Shown: in pieces, positions 35,601 to 49,500 of the stretch
Layout of the letters: every line of letters begins with the position of its first letter
Numbering within the stretch: position 1 is the first letter of the stretch
Program-made: the position numbers and the translations under genes
Assembly (NCBI GenBank): GCA_002269645.1
Contig: NIVC01002417.1
Location: 112,905 to 176,904, forward strand
DNA: 64,000 bases
Direction: 5' to 3'
From: Macrostomum lignano
Lineage: Eukaryota
Notes under the pieces: generated by a model
The model's database searches: none
The model's input: only the letters and a program-made list of their open reading frames with translations
What the model was told of the DNA's origin: nothing

Positions 35601-38482
35601 TTATGTTTATTGACTTTTGAAATTGATTGTTTATGAAAAGTTATAGATAAAAGTAATCATAATCAATGCCTTTTATTTCAACATACTTGTTTCAGCTGCC
35701 AATACCATGCCTGAACTACCGCTTGCCTGGTCTCCTGCCTGCATTCTGAGCCTGTACAGGCCAACAATGCTTCATGTTTGTCTAATCTAATAACAGGCAT
35801 TTTGGCATTCCATGTCCTATACCCACTTATGTTGCGTCTCAGTGCAACCTAGCTCGCCACCCTTAGAGCTTTGGCAGGCTGGTTGCTTTTGTGGTGGCAA
35901 TTGGTTTGGTTGTCAGCATACAGAAGATGGCTGTGCTCTAGCTACTAACCAGATGACATCAACCAACAGCCTAGGGGCTAATCTACTGCGCACTGCCTTC
36001 GAGATGAGTGACTGAAGTTCTTCAACTGCTTGCTGGCTGACGCGCTACAGCCTTCGTTTTTGCGGACATCGTCTTTAATATGCGCATTAACTCCTAAAGT
36101 TAAGAACTTCACTTTCATCTGAGTAAATAACAAGAAAAGACTTATATTCTCTCATGTAAAGATCTGAAATGTGAACTTTTAAACTGTTCTGATTTGACTC
36201 TCAAAGAATATTTATAATATAGCGTATTTAGGTAATGTAACAGCAATGTATAGATAAATATACATACTGATAGAGAAAATACAAAACGTTCCTTCTTTGT
36301 TTTTGAAATGCATTCTTGCAATGTTCGATGTTTTAAAAATGTAAGGCCTAAAAAATAAGGCAAGACCAATTGGCAACTACCGTGAAGCTCGTTTGCTTGT
36401 ATCAAGTTGGCGTACGCTGGCTGACATTGGGTTATCTATCAGACTTGGAGTCTCGCCGCACTAAACCCTTGAAAAAACGTTAGCCAGCCTTTTGAGATGC
36501 AGCATAGCATTCCAGGTTCAATGACATGTCTATGAAGATGCATCCTACATCGTCAAGACCACCGAGGTGATCGAGACCTCAATATTGTAGGGTGAGGAAC
36601 ATGGGCGATGCTTCTCCAGTGCGCGGTTTCCGCTACGGCCAGCAAAGTGCAATTGGGCAGTCGCATTATGTCAGTTGTAGTGAGTTCCATTTGGATCAGT
36701 AGCACTCGGCTGCTGCTGCTGCTGGACAAAAATGCTTGGTGTGAGTTCCCTTGACACAATTCCCGCAGGGCAATCAGGTGGGCTGCAAATTCCTCTCCAA
36801 GATTCGCACCAGCATGCCTGACATTGGTTTTCATGGCCTCCAATTGAGACTATCGAACCAGTTGATGCTGGAAGCCCAAAAATGCAACAATGGGACTCGA
36901 GTGCTGCAATGATGAGCAACAACGCTGAAGTCGAGCTGCACCAAAATGTCCTGTAATGGGTAATAGTGAAATGAGGAATTTTATCTGTCTAATCATTGGA
37001 ATGAACTTCCCTGAAAGGTCATGCCATAACTTTTGCTGAAAATCCCGCCATTAGGAATTTAGGGACACTAGCCATGTAACATGTATGAATGTAATCTCTT
37101 GCCCCAACCATTGGCCTTTGCTTTCAGCTACCCTTGATCCTCATAACATGTATATTGGAAAGACAGCATTTAGAAAATTTACTCACTAGTTGCAGTCAAA
37201 TGTAGTGAAGACCTTGGGGTGTCAAGAAAGACACTTGGTGGATTAATTTAATCGACTTCTAGAAGCATATCATCTTGTGCAATGGTATTTTAGTAGGTCA
37301 TTGCTTAGCACGAATTCCCATAGTTTGATGGGCTCTGGAAAGATGGCATGATTGATAAAGGAATACAATGTTAGTCTTACATTTTAGTATATGGATGTAG
37401 TGTAAGTACTTAACATCATAAGAAAATCTAAAGATTTATAACCTTCTCCCCAACATGGTTGGCACCATGCATTTCATTGGCATGACAACTACTATGGATG
37501 ATAAGAGAGTATATTGGTTTAATATTAAAAAAAATCACTTATAAAGTAAATTAAAAACTGAATAAAAATGTGATAACTACGCATACATAAGTACAAGCTA
37601 CTATTTACTTTGAATATTTGCATAAAAAGACAAAAACTAAAGCAAGTTACTAATGTATAAGAGTAATAGAAATTGTACTCACCTATATCAACTTAAATTA
37701 TAACTGAATATAAATAGCTATTAATAAACTATATTTAAATTTAAAAAGTAAAAATTTCAGTTCATTAGAGCTTTCAAATTTATACGTAGAGGTAGAGCAA
37801 TCAAATAAAAAATTGCCATTTTTAAAGCCTGGTGAAGAGAATTATTCACTAGGATTAGAGACTTAGTCTTAGGTAATAAATATTTTTATCCTGTGCATAG
37901 TGTGTTAGGATTTAGGATGATGATCTAAAAATAGTAAAATAATATAAAATTTTAGTAAATTGGTCATTGGATATAAAATAAAAAAAGAAAATCAAATAAG
38001 TGAAATAAAAAAATATATTTTACATTAAATATGCCTAGTAAAATACTTAGGGCCTTTAGTTAGTTAGACTAACAATCTATATTAAATAGCGACTGATACT
38101 GATTTGATGAAAAAAATACTCACTTGGTCTTGTTAGTGTTAGTCATAATTTAAGTCTGGCTTAAAAATTGATAGCTTTCTTAAGACCAAGTAAAAAACAA
38201 TATGAAATTCGCATTGGTAAATAGTGTCTGTATTTAATTACATGGACAGGTCTAGTAGAAATTAGGATAGTTACGAATATGCATTGAAAGGGAACAACAC
38301 ACACTTGTGACGATTCGCAACTTTGCGCTTATGAAATGAAATGTGTCATGGAAGTCCCTACCACTTCGCACAAAAACAGTTAAATAATTTTTGCGCGTGC
38401 CTATCAGAAGCAAAATTAAAAAGAATCCGAAACCTCCAAGCTATATTCTAAAGAAAATTTGTATTCATTAGTAAATTACAGT

Positions 38483-40118
38483 CAGTGCTGGGCAAGTTAA
38501 TCAATTTTTTTAACTCGTTAAAAGTTAAAAAGTTAATTTAATTGCTCCAAAAAAATTAACTGTAACTAGTTAATTATTTAACTTTTGCCCAAAATTTAAC
38601 TTCTGAAAAGTTAAAAGTTAAAGTTAATAATTCCCTAACGGAAAAAGTGACATTTTCCCGGACATGTGTTCGGCGTGTTTTTTTAAATTTCAGGTCGGCG
38701 CGGCGCGGCTGTGGCCAGGTCGCGGCGCCCTGGGGAGCTTGTCGGGGAATACTCCCCTGGGAATTAGACCGGGACCCCGGGGAGAAAAAAAGCATTTTTA
38801 ACTAAATTTTTGCCATTTAAATAAGAAAATTATTCACAGAAAGCTGATTGAAACTCTGTCTATGCTTTTTTACCGCAAAACTGCTTATTTCAATGTATTA
38901 TTTCAAACACAACACACGTTTGAATGGGGGGGTTCATAAGACCGAAATTTCACAACGCCGAAACACCATACTTCACAAGACCGAAACTTCATAAGACCGA
39001 AATTTCACATCGTAGAAAACTTTACAATAAGGATTGTATTGCATGCAGAATTTTCGGCATTGTGAAATTTCGGTCTTATGAAATTAGCGACCCGTTTGAA
39101 TGTTTTTTTTCACTATGAGTCTTTCAATCAAGCAAATTGAACGTACGAGCGTAGAAACCCATCAGGAAAAAGAAGCCTTACTGACTATTGTGTTGGTCTG
39201 CGTTGACGGCTTGACACATTTGACGCAGGCACAGCGCCATATCCTGCGTCAGTCACTGACGCATAGGGGGGTATCATACAATAACAAAATACTCCGTATT
39301 AGACAGGACAAAATGGTGATTTATTTTGTATCTGCAAGAAATTAAAATTTCGATTATAAAAACAGTCTCATTCATTAATTATCCTCCCACGAGTGCAGCT
39401 GCTGAGTATGCATTTTCCGCCTCCGGAGTCTGGACCCTTTCTGATAAAGGTGCGCGCACGATTTGGTGATGCCATATTGTCAAATACAGTTTTAAACAAA
39501 CATTGCTTAAAGTTTTTACCCTTGCGCCTTGAACATGTAGTCCATCCAAAGCTTTAATCAAAGTTTAAAAAATGCCACTTAGTGACTTATAAAGATCTAA
39601 GTTATCCGCCGTTTTTTACTTATTTTTTCCCCGGGGTCCCCGGGGAATGACAATAAATTCCCCGGGTCCCTGATAAGAAAATTCCTCGGGGAATCGACAT
39701 CCCTATGTACAACGATAACTTATAGTAGTGCTTGGGTAGAATATCAATAGATAATAGTTGAAGATTCCAGAATCTTCCGAATATTCTATACATTATAACT
39801 TGTAACTGAAATATATACATGTAATAGTAGTTTGTGACGCGTTAAATAATGCTTAGAAAGGCGAAGTTATTTTATGTATGTATTAATTTTACTTTTTAAT
39901 GGCATACAAGCTGTTGAAACCCGCGGATTTTGAACCCGGGGAACTCCATTTCCCGGAATTATTAACTTTTGTCATTTAACTTTACCTTCAGAAAAAAATT
40001 AACGATTTTTGTTAACTAGTTAATACATAAAAAATTTAACGAAAATGTAACGATTTTTTAAAAAATTTAACTAGTTAATTAACTAGTTAAACAATTAACT
40101 AGTTAACGCCCAGCACTG
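38483..40118. mobile_element. Non-autonomous hAT element, 1636 bp
   Basis: TIR CAGTGCTGGGC...GCCCAGCACTG; perfect 8-bp TSD ATTACAGT (38475-82 / 40119-26); subterminal TTAACTAGTT and CCCCGGGG motifs. Confidence 0.9.
38927..39093. mobile_element. 167-bp MULE-type MITE nested in the hAT element
   Basis: Perfect 9-bp TSD GTTTGAATG (38918-26 / 39094-102); GGG...CCC ends; inverted TTCATAAGACCGAAATTTCACAA. Confidence 0.85.
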
Positions 40119-40925
40119 ATTACAGTAATATTTTAATTTTTGTACAGTATTAAAATTTTTGTGCAAAAATATTTGTTCGAAATGAAACCTCTGAAAAACC
40201 TCAAAACCTCCGAAACCTCTCGATGAGAATCACCCGTTCTACCTATTCAAGCTGTTTTAACTTGTTGCATTACAATAAAAACTACCGCATGATTTTATTA
40301 ACTTTTTTAAATAATGGAGAAAATATCATTAAGCCAGCCGGCAGACTATATTCTAACCAATTAGTAAGCCAAGTTTGTGTTGAATCTTCTTTTTGTTACT
40401 TTTAGTAGTAACAAGTCAACATAACTAGGATTTTAATGCTATCATTGGATGACTGTTGTTATTCTGCGCCAATTCAACGGATAGTTTCTCAACGCGATTC
40501 CTACGGTGGTTCAACGGTATTTATTTTCTCTTTAACAGGTCTATAACCCCCGGCAAAACATAAAAATATGTTGATATCCAATTAAGAAATAGTCCTAGGG
40601 TTAAATTGAATTTTTTTTTCTTCAACGACAAATCAACGGCCCAATGTTATTTCACTGTTGATCCAACGGATGCGGGAACACTGGGTAATGGAAAATTTCT
40701 TACTTAATTAGTTTATTACATTATTGGCATTAGCATTGGAATTAGCTTAGAGCATTAGACCCTATGACCACCTATCTTAGTCTGTAGACTATATGGTATA
40801 TATTTATTAAAAAAAGTTTTAAAACATTTTTCATGAACTATTTACTAGGGGCCTAAGTAATATTATGGCCAAAGACCTAGTTTTTTAATCTTATTGTTAT
40901 TAACATTGTCCCATAGTCAGCCATA

Positions 40926-41099
40926 GTCCGGAAAGTGGCCTTTATGCTGGAATTTTCCCCTGGCATATTTTTTGTCTCGCTGACAATCTTGGCATACACT
41001 TGGCATATAGAATTTTCAGGTTCAACATGGAAAATTCATTGGTGTAAAATTGAAAAAATGTGAATTTTCATTCTGGCATACGCCTGCCATGATCTGGAC
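40926..41099. mobile_element. Possible small TA-flanked MITE
   Basis: TA|GTCCGGAAAGTGGC...GCCATGATCTGGAC|TA, imperfect inverted ends. Confidence 0.3.
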
Positions 41100-41416
41100 T
41101 AGGGCCTATGGATAGTCAGGAGAGCAGAAGATTTTTACCAAACTTTATTGTATAAATTAAGCTTAAGTGATTTTAATTATGCATATGATAACTTTTACTA
41201 TAGGCCTAATTGTTAATTGTATTCAGTTGTTGAGAAGTTCTTGCAGTTTCTAGAAAATTTGATCCTAGAACTTTATAGAACATTCTAGAAGCTTACTGTG
41301 TAGGTATATATTAAGAATGGGTATATACAATCTTGATAGACTACTTTTCATGATTGTTGCTATCAAAGCCAGATCAATTACATGGATCTCTTTCAACCCT
41401 ATATTTGTGGTCTGTT

Positions 41417-43263
41417 ACTTTATGACTTTAAATTTAGTATGAAAAAAGCCAATTTGAGCTGCCACATTAACAGTTCATTTGGTGCTAGTATTATCTAAAT
41501 GCATTGCGCAATATTAGTTTGCTCACTTTTGCCAGGGAGATTTTAGCCTCAAAGATTTGCCCTGGTCAGGGCGTCCTTCTGAGTTGGATGATGACTACTT
41601 GTGCACACTCATTGAGGCTGACCCCCAACAAACCATGTGTGAGTTGGGGCAAGTCCTTGGGGTTGACCATTAAACAATTGCCACTCACTTGCATCAACTA
41701 GGCAAAGTGCACAAGTTGACTCAATGGGACCCCATGAATTGTCCAACTGGGACTGCAAAGGTGTGATCTTCTACAAGCTACTGCCACCCAACATATTGAT
41801 TATGGCCAACCTGTATTGCCAACAGCTGGACAGATTGGCCACTGCCATTGCATAGAAGCAACCAAATCATGGCCCAGTCCGATTCTTGCACAATAACGGC
41901 CACCCCCACACTGCCAAGATGACTTGCCAAAAGTTACTGGACCTTGGCTGGGAACTGGTGCCTCATCTTCCATATTCCCCTAACCTGGCACCTAGCAACT
42001 ACCATCTTTTCTTGGCCCTGACCAACGCCTTGATGAGCAAAACTCAAGGACTTCTAGACTAACAGGACGTAAAACTCAAAGATTGTGTAATTTTTTGGAG
42101 GCCACGATTTCCTAGAAAAAATACACTGCGAAGATAGGAAAAAATCAGTTTTTTGTCACAAAATCTGTGATTGTATTTGATCTGGGGCAGTGAAGACTAC
42201 CATTCTTTTAATTTAACATGCACAACATGTTACTCTATTATATTTTCATATAGCTGTGTAATGAAGTTTTCATTTTCATATTGTTTTCACTTTATTTCAT
42301 AAGCCCAAAGTTGCAAACTCACAAGTGGCATTAGGCCTAGCCAAATATCAAATTCAAGAAAAGAAAAGCTATTCAAATTTGTAATATAATAATTTTTTTA
42401 GCCTTTAAAATAAAAATTATTAAAAACTAATCAATGTTTTTTCTTATAGATACCTAGTAAAAATGGTTAGGGCCTATTTTTGTGATTAGCCTAAGTCTAT
42501 TCTTCTTAAATCTTAGTCCTAAATATAGGCTTGGCTTAAAAACTGATAATACAGCTTTCTCAAGCCTAGGTAACCAACCATATGAAAATATTTATTGGTA
42601 ATCTATATATAATAAAAAAATCTAAATATACTGATCTCTAAGTCATTGTCTAAATTTAATTACTTATTAGGCTAGATAGTGTAGTGATACTGATAGGTCT
42701 AGTTCTAGTAGGCCTAGGAATTAGTATAGTTACTAAACCTACAATAATAGCTTAAGACTAAGAGTACTTACATGCAATGTTTTTATACTTTATTTTAAAA
42801 AGAACAACACAAAAAGTTTGGCTAATGCCACTTGTGAGTTTGCAACTTTGGGCTTATGAAATAAAGTGAAAACAATATGAAAATGAAAACTTCACTACAC
42901 AGCTATATGAAAATATAATAGAGTAACATGTTGTGCATGTTAAATTAAAAGAATGGTAGTCTTCACTGCCCCAGATCAAATACAATCACAGATTTTGTGA
43001 CGAAGGACTGATTTTTTCCTATCTTCGCGGTGTGTTTTTTCCGGGGGATCGTGGCCTCCAAAGGATTGCACGATTTTTGAGTTTTGCGTCCTGTTAGTCT
43101 AGAAGTCCTTGGCAAAACTTTTGCTGATGAGGAAGCCCTATAAAACTGGCTCAATGAGTTTTTTGCCTCAAAATCTAAGAAATTCTACGCTGATGGCATT
43201 ATGTCTCTGCCTAAAAAATGGCAGAAGGTGATTGATTCAGATGGCAATTACTTCATTTCTTAA
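41417..43263 (+). mobile_element. Decayed mariner transposase (stops, internal deletion), split by an insertion
   Basis: LLYDFKF, AQY*FAHFCQGDFSLKD, GRPSELD, WDPHEL (WVPHEL motif), PYSPNLAPSNYHLF (YSPDLAP motif); resumes after the insertion as KTFADEEAL...FYADGIMSLPKKWQKVIDSDGNYF*. Confidence 0.85.
42045..43111. mobile_element. Non-autonomous DNA transposon, 1067 bp, ~290-bp TIRs, 8-bp TSD (P or hAT superfamily)
   Basis: CAAGGACTTCTAGACTAACAGGACG...CGTCCTGTTAGTCTAGAAGTCCTTG; perfect TSD GCAAAACT (42037-44 / 43112-19). Confidence 0.9.
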
Positions 43264-43526
43264 AGTCTTTCCATATATAGTATTTATGGAATATTTATGG
43301 AAATTTATGGATACCATATATATATATAATAGTATTTTGTGGAAATGAAACTGTCTCTTAGACTTTTAAAAGTGCACAATGGTCATCATATCCCATGTTT
43401 TCTATGTGAAACCCCCATCCAATCTGGTTTTAGATTGTGGATTTATATGCTGATTACTGCATAAAATTGCTACAGCAATAAGTTTTTATTATTGATTCCA
43501 GTCTAACTGCTAATTGACCCCCAGTC

Positions 43527-46500
43527 ATGCAGTCGGCCTCGCAACACGAGACTGAGCGAATAGAGCTCATTAATCAAATACGCGAATGGAACGAGAATCG
43601 TCTAGATTTATTCGAAATCTCCTTCCCTAATCAGAACTTGGAGTTTTTCGGCGCTATGCGCTTCTATTTTCAAGGCGACGATCAAAAATACCAGACTAAA
43701 TGCCTTCGAGTGTCCAGCACGGCAACCACTCGCGATTTGATTGGTCCTCTGGTTGAAAAATTTCATCCAGATCTGAAAATGCTCGGCTGCGATATCTATG
43801 GCCTCTACGAGGTTCACTCCAATGGAGAGGAGCGCCGGTTGTCTGAACAGGATCGCCCACTGCTAGTGCAGCTGAATTGGGGCAAAGATGATCGAGATGG
43901 CAAATTCATATTGAAAAATGAGACTAAAGTTAATCGGCAGAGAGAGGTGAGACTCTCCGAGTTCTGTTGAATTTGTTATTGCTGCTGCTAACCGGTTGAA
44001 CTGCTTGTTCCTGACACCCAGCTTGAGACTTCTCCTGACACTCAGCTTAGAACTTCTGACACTCAGCTTGTGACTCTGACACCCATCTTGAGACTTCTGA
44101 CACCCAGCTTGAGACTTCTCCTGACACCCAGCTTGGGACTCCTGACACCCAGCTTGAGACTTCTCCTGACACTCAGCTTAGAACTTCTGACACTCAGCTT
44201 GTGACTCTGACACCCATCTTGAGACTTCTGACACCCATCTTGAGACTTCTGACACCCAGCTTGAGACTTCTCCTGACACCCAGCTTGAGACTTCTGACAC
44301 CGCAGCTTGGGACTCCTGACACCCAGCTTGGGACTTCTCCTGACACCCATCTTAAGAATTTTGACACCCAGCTTGGGACTCCTGACACCCAGCTTGAGAC
44401 TTCTCCTGACACCCAGCTTGAGACTTCTTCTGACACCCAGCTTGGGACTCCTGACACCCAGCTTGAGACTTCTCCTGACACTCAGCTTAAGACTTCTTCT
44501 GACACCCAGCTTGGGACTCCTGACACCCAGCTTGAGACTTCTCCTGATACCCAGCTTGAGACTTCTCCTGAAACCCAGCTTGAGACTTCCTCTGACACCC
44601 AGCTTGAGACTTCTCCTGACACTCAGCTTAAGACTTCTCCTGACACTCAGCTTAAGACTTCTTCTGACACCCAGCTTGGGACTTCTCCTGATACCCAGCT
44701 TGAGACTTCTCCTGACACCCAGCTTGGGACTTCTCCTGATACCCAGCTTGAGACTTCTCCTGACACCCAGCTTGAGACTTCTCCTGACACCCAGCTTGAG
44801 ACTTCTTCTGACACCCAGCTTGAGACTTCTCCTGACACTCAGCTTAGAACTTCTGACACTCAGCTTGTGACTCTGACACCCAGCTTGGGACTTCTGACAT
44901 CCAGCTTGGGACTTCTGACACCCAGCTTGAGACTTCTCCTGACACTCAGCTTAGAACTTCTGACACTCAGCTTGTGACTCTGACACCCAGCTTGGGACTT
45001 CTGACATCCAGCTTGGGACTTCTGACACCCAGCTTAAGATTTCTCCTGACACAGCTTGAGACTTCTCCTGACACCCAACTTGACGTTTCACCTGACTCTC
45101 AACTTTGAACTTTGAACAATTTCAGTGGGTTTAAGCTGCGCCATTTGACTTTACAGGTCATTCTTGGGACAAATGAGACTTTAGGGTCATGATTTTGTGC
45201 CAGGTGAAGATTAATGTTAGGGTTTTTGAAGACACGTGACTCTCACAACGTGCCATATAGTTTTATATAAAACAACGCCTTGCATAAACATTGCACAGCA
45301 TTGCATAAGCCTGTCAAAATTTGTTTAACTCAATATATAACTCGGGTTGATTCCCCCCAAACAGATGAACAACAACGCCAGTTCAGTCGGCGGCGTTGGC
45401 ACTGCAGGCGAAAGTTTTAAACGCGACAAGAAGCGCCTGTCTAAACGCGAGAAAAAGAAGAAAGAGCAAATGGAAGCTGAGCAGAAAAAGGCAACAGCCG
45501 TGCCTGATTCCACTTTTACTAGGACAATTTCTAATCCGGAACTGGTGATGGCGCGTCGGAGGAAGCAAAAGCTTGAGAAGATTGAGCAGGTGATGGAAGC
45601 ACTTCGTATTTTTTATTGTGCTCTGATGAGTCTCAAAATCTCAGGCTTACAATCTTACTGTAAGCTTGATTGAGGTTATGAGATTTTGATACTGTAAGCC
45701 TGATTTTGAGGTTATAAGATTTTGATAGTGTAAGCCATAATGAGGCTATGAGATTTTGATACTCTAAGCCTGATTGAGGCTATGAGATTTTGATTCTGTA
45801 AGCCTCTGTGAGGCTATGAGATTTTGATACTGTAAGCCTGATTGAGGCTATGAGATTTTGATACTGAAGCCTGATTTTTAGGTTATAAGATTTTGATACT
45901 GTAAGCCATAATGAGGCTATGAGATTTTGATAATGTAAGCCTGATTTTGAGGTTATGAGATTTTGATACTGTAAGCCTGATTGAGGTTATGAGATTTTGA
46001 TACTGTAAGCCATAATGAGGCTATGAGATTTTGATACTGTAAGCCATAATGAGGTTATGAGATTTTGATACTGTAAGCCATAATGAGGCTATGAGATTTT
46101 TATACTGTAAGCCATAATGAGGTTATGAGATTTTGATACTGTAAGCCTGATTAAGGGATGCCCTAAACTGTGAGAGTTTCGCACCCCAAGCCGCAATCTT
46201 CGAGCCCCAAATTATCAGACATCGATGCCATTTATCCCATTGGTAATCTTCTCGCCCGCCACAGGCCAGCGCCGCCGGTTCAAAAAGTGCCACCCTGAAA
46301 GTGTACGGCGACGCACTGAAGCCGGACATACCCTACAAAGCGCTGCTCCTTACCACTGATGACACGTGCGTCGATATCGTGTCCGAGATGTTAGAAAAGT
46401 ACAACATGCTACCTGCCGCTAATCCGGCGGATTATTGCCTGATTAAGATTTGGCTGCCGCCAAGAGAAGATCGGCAGTCTTATAGGCCAGACCAGCTCGA

Positions 46501-49500
46501 GGAGCCGCTGCCACCAGACGAGCGACCCTTGGATATCATGTTTAATAGGCCGCCAGCTAAAGGAACTTTTATGTTTCAGGTTAGTGCGCTGGATGGGATA
46601 TGCATGACAAATTTATTTTATCATTAACTTTAAAAATTGCCCTCTACCTACTTTCCAAGAATCGCTTTGTATGTAATTTGTAAGAATTGCCCTTTTTTAG
46701 AATCGCCCTTTCCAAGAATCTCTCTTTTCGAGAATTGTCCTCTGTATTTACTTTCCAAGAATCGACCTTTCCAAGAATCGACCTTTCTAAAAATCGATCT
46801 TTCCAAAAAAAGAAATTTCTAGGAATCGCTCTTTCCAAGAATCGCTGTTTTCAAGAATCACCCTCTGTATCTAATTTCCAAGAATCAACCTTTCTAAGAA
46901 TCGCTCTTTCCAAGAATCGCCCTTTTAAAAAATCGTCCTGTCCAAGAATCGCTCTTTTCAGCAAGCGTCCTTCTGTATCTATTTTCCAAGAATCGCCTCC
47001 ATTCTACTTTCCAGCAATTAATTCCAACATTTTCCAGGTCCGCCCATTGCCGGCCGGCATGCGCCAGCAATACCAACAGCATCTGAAGCAATTTCAACAG
47101 CATCGCGAGCAACAGAAGCAGAGTCTGCAACAACCTCAGCAGCCTCAGCAGCAGCAGGCGCCATTGAACGGTCGCACATTGTCGGCATCTGTGTCGCATT
47201 CGTCTCTGGTACAGCCTCAGCAGCCTCAGCAGCCTCAACAGCAGCATCGACCGCAACCGCCGCCTCAGCAGCAGCAGCAGCAGCAGAACCTCGACCTACC
47301 CTACCTGGTCGAATTGAACGCCGATGGTAGCGACTGCCCATCCGGCCGTCTGGTCCGTCTGCCTATCGATAAGCCGCCCCCGATTCACCTGGGCAGCGGC
47401 GGGCCCAGCGTAGCGGCCACGATCGGCTCCAATGCTACTTTTGTCCAGCTGGCTCATCCTGAAGTGCAGCCGGTACACTGCCTCATCAGCCAGCGGCCCG
47501 GCCAGCCTCCTAGTCTGGGCTTATCGCCTTCCGGTCCATCTAGCGCCGTATGGATTAATAATCAACGCGTCAGTCCCGGCAGCTCGGCCGCCCTGCGTAG
47601 CGGAGTTAGCGTTAGATTTGGTCGCGATCTGCTGCTAAGATTCATCGACCCGCTGGCCGAGAGGAGGTATATGCAGCAGCAGCAACAGCAGCAGCCACCA
47701 CCGCATGTTGCTGCCGCAGGTGTGTTAAAATTCAAAATTGGTTTGGGATCAGGGGATTTAGACTTGGGATCAGGGGATTTAGACTTGGTATCTAGGGATT
47801 TAGATTTTGGATCTTGGGATTTAGACCTGGGATCTTGGGATTTAGATTTTGGATCTTGGGATTTAGACCTGGGATCTTGGGATTTAGATTTGGTTATCTG
47901 GGGATTTAGTTTCGGGATCTGGGGATTTAGATTTGGGATCTTGGAATTTAGATTTGGTTATATCTGGGGATTTAGTTTCGGGATCTGGGGATTTAGATTT
48001 GAAATCTGGGGATTTAGTTTCGGGATCTGGGGATTTAGATTTGAAATCTGGGGATTTAGATTTGGGATGTGGGGATATAGATTTGGGATTTTAGTTTTGT
48101 AATTTCGGATTTGGGATTTCAGATTCGGGATTTCAGATTCGGGATTTCAGATTCGGGATTTCAGTTTCCGAATATCAATCTGGGGATTAAACAATCGACC
48201 AAAACTTCAGCCGCTCCAACTGGCCCTCTCGACGACCTGCCGTGCGGCCTCATCGTCCAGCCTCAGCACGACTCTCGCCTCATTGAAGAGGCCGTTTTCC
48301 GCTGCTCTCCCCAGCTAGTCCGTTTCCGCCTGGCTCCCGCCTACGCGCTCTACCTGACCGAACGGGCCGTGTTTAGAGCAGTGAACGAATCGGCCGAACT
48401 GAATCCCGGCCGCCTTGACAACTGCCTGCTCCGCGTGGCCGACAGTCTGTCAGCAGCGGTGGCCGACAGTCAGACGGAGCCGCAGTCGTTGGTGTTCTGG
48501 TTGGCCAATGCTAGCGAGCATTTGCACTTTGTCAAGCGAGACATGAACTTGTCCGATCTGTCTCCGGGTACCGTTGAGCACGCCTGCGATATCATTGCAG
48601 CAGCTGTGCAGTCAGCTTTCAACATGCTGCTGGCTGACCTTCAGGACCGCCTGCAGGCCGACACGCCCGCGCTGCTGGCACCGGAGTCTCAGGAGGATAT
48701 GGCGCCATACGGCGGACCCGAGGATGAACCTGTCGAACTGCGGGTAAATATGGCTATCAAGATCCCAAATTTGAGTACTCCTCAAAGATCCCAATTTCGA
48801 GTCCTTAATCCCAAAGATCCCAATTTCGAGTCCTTAATCCCAAAGATCCCTATCTAAGAAATCCCAATTTCGAGTCCTTAATCCCAAAGATCCCTATCTA
48901 AGAAATCCCAATTTCGAGTCCTTAATCCCAAAGATCCCTATTTAAGCAATCCCAATTTCGAGTCTTTTATCCAAAGATCCCTATCTAAGAAATCCCAGGT
49001 CGAGTCTTTGATCCCAAAGATCCCTATCTAAGAAATCCCAGTTCGAGTCTTTGATCCCGAAGATCCCTATTCAAGAAATACCAGTTCGAGTCTTTGATCC
49101 CAAATATCCCTATTCAAGAAATACCAGTTCGAGTCTTTGATCCCAAATATCCCTATTCAAGAAATCCCAGTTTCGAGTCTTTTATCCCAAAGATCCCTAT
49201 CTAAGAAATCCCAAGTTCGAGTCCTTGATCCCAAATATCCCTATTCAAGAAATCCCAGTTTCGAGTCTTTTATCCCAAAGATCCCTATCTAAGAAATCCC
49301 AAGTTCGAGTCCTTGATCCCAAATATCCCTATCTAAGAAATCCCAAATTCGAGTCCTTGATCCCAAATATCCCAATTCAAGAAATCCCAGTTTCGAGTCT
49401 TTTATCCCAAATATCCCTATCTAAGAAATCCCAAGTTCGAGTTCTTGATCCCAAATATCCCTATTCAAGAAATCCCAGTTTCGAGTCTTTTATCCCAAAG

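Larger units (their letters stand above)
34690..40235. mobile_element. Mutator/MULE-type DNA transposon, decayed, with nested insertions
   Basis: Perfect 9-bp TSD GTTCTACCT (34681-89 / 40236-44). GGGTGATTCTCATCGAG...CTCGATGAGAATCACCC TIRs of ~220 bp; the right TIR is split by the hAT element. Weak MULE-like remnants on the minus strand at 36.4-37.4 kb (e.g. RLQRCCSSLQHSSPIVAFLGFQHQ). Confidence 0.85.

Noticed and set aside
25017-43527. Rab-afadin fusion protein
   Set aside because: The Rab exon ends in phase 0, while the acceptor before the afadin ATG needs phase 1.
44201-44977. (TSPDTQLE)n 258-aa ORF as an afadin exon
   Set aside because: Tandem array; exons 1 and 2 join in phase 0 without it and no clear splice sites bound it.
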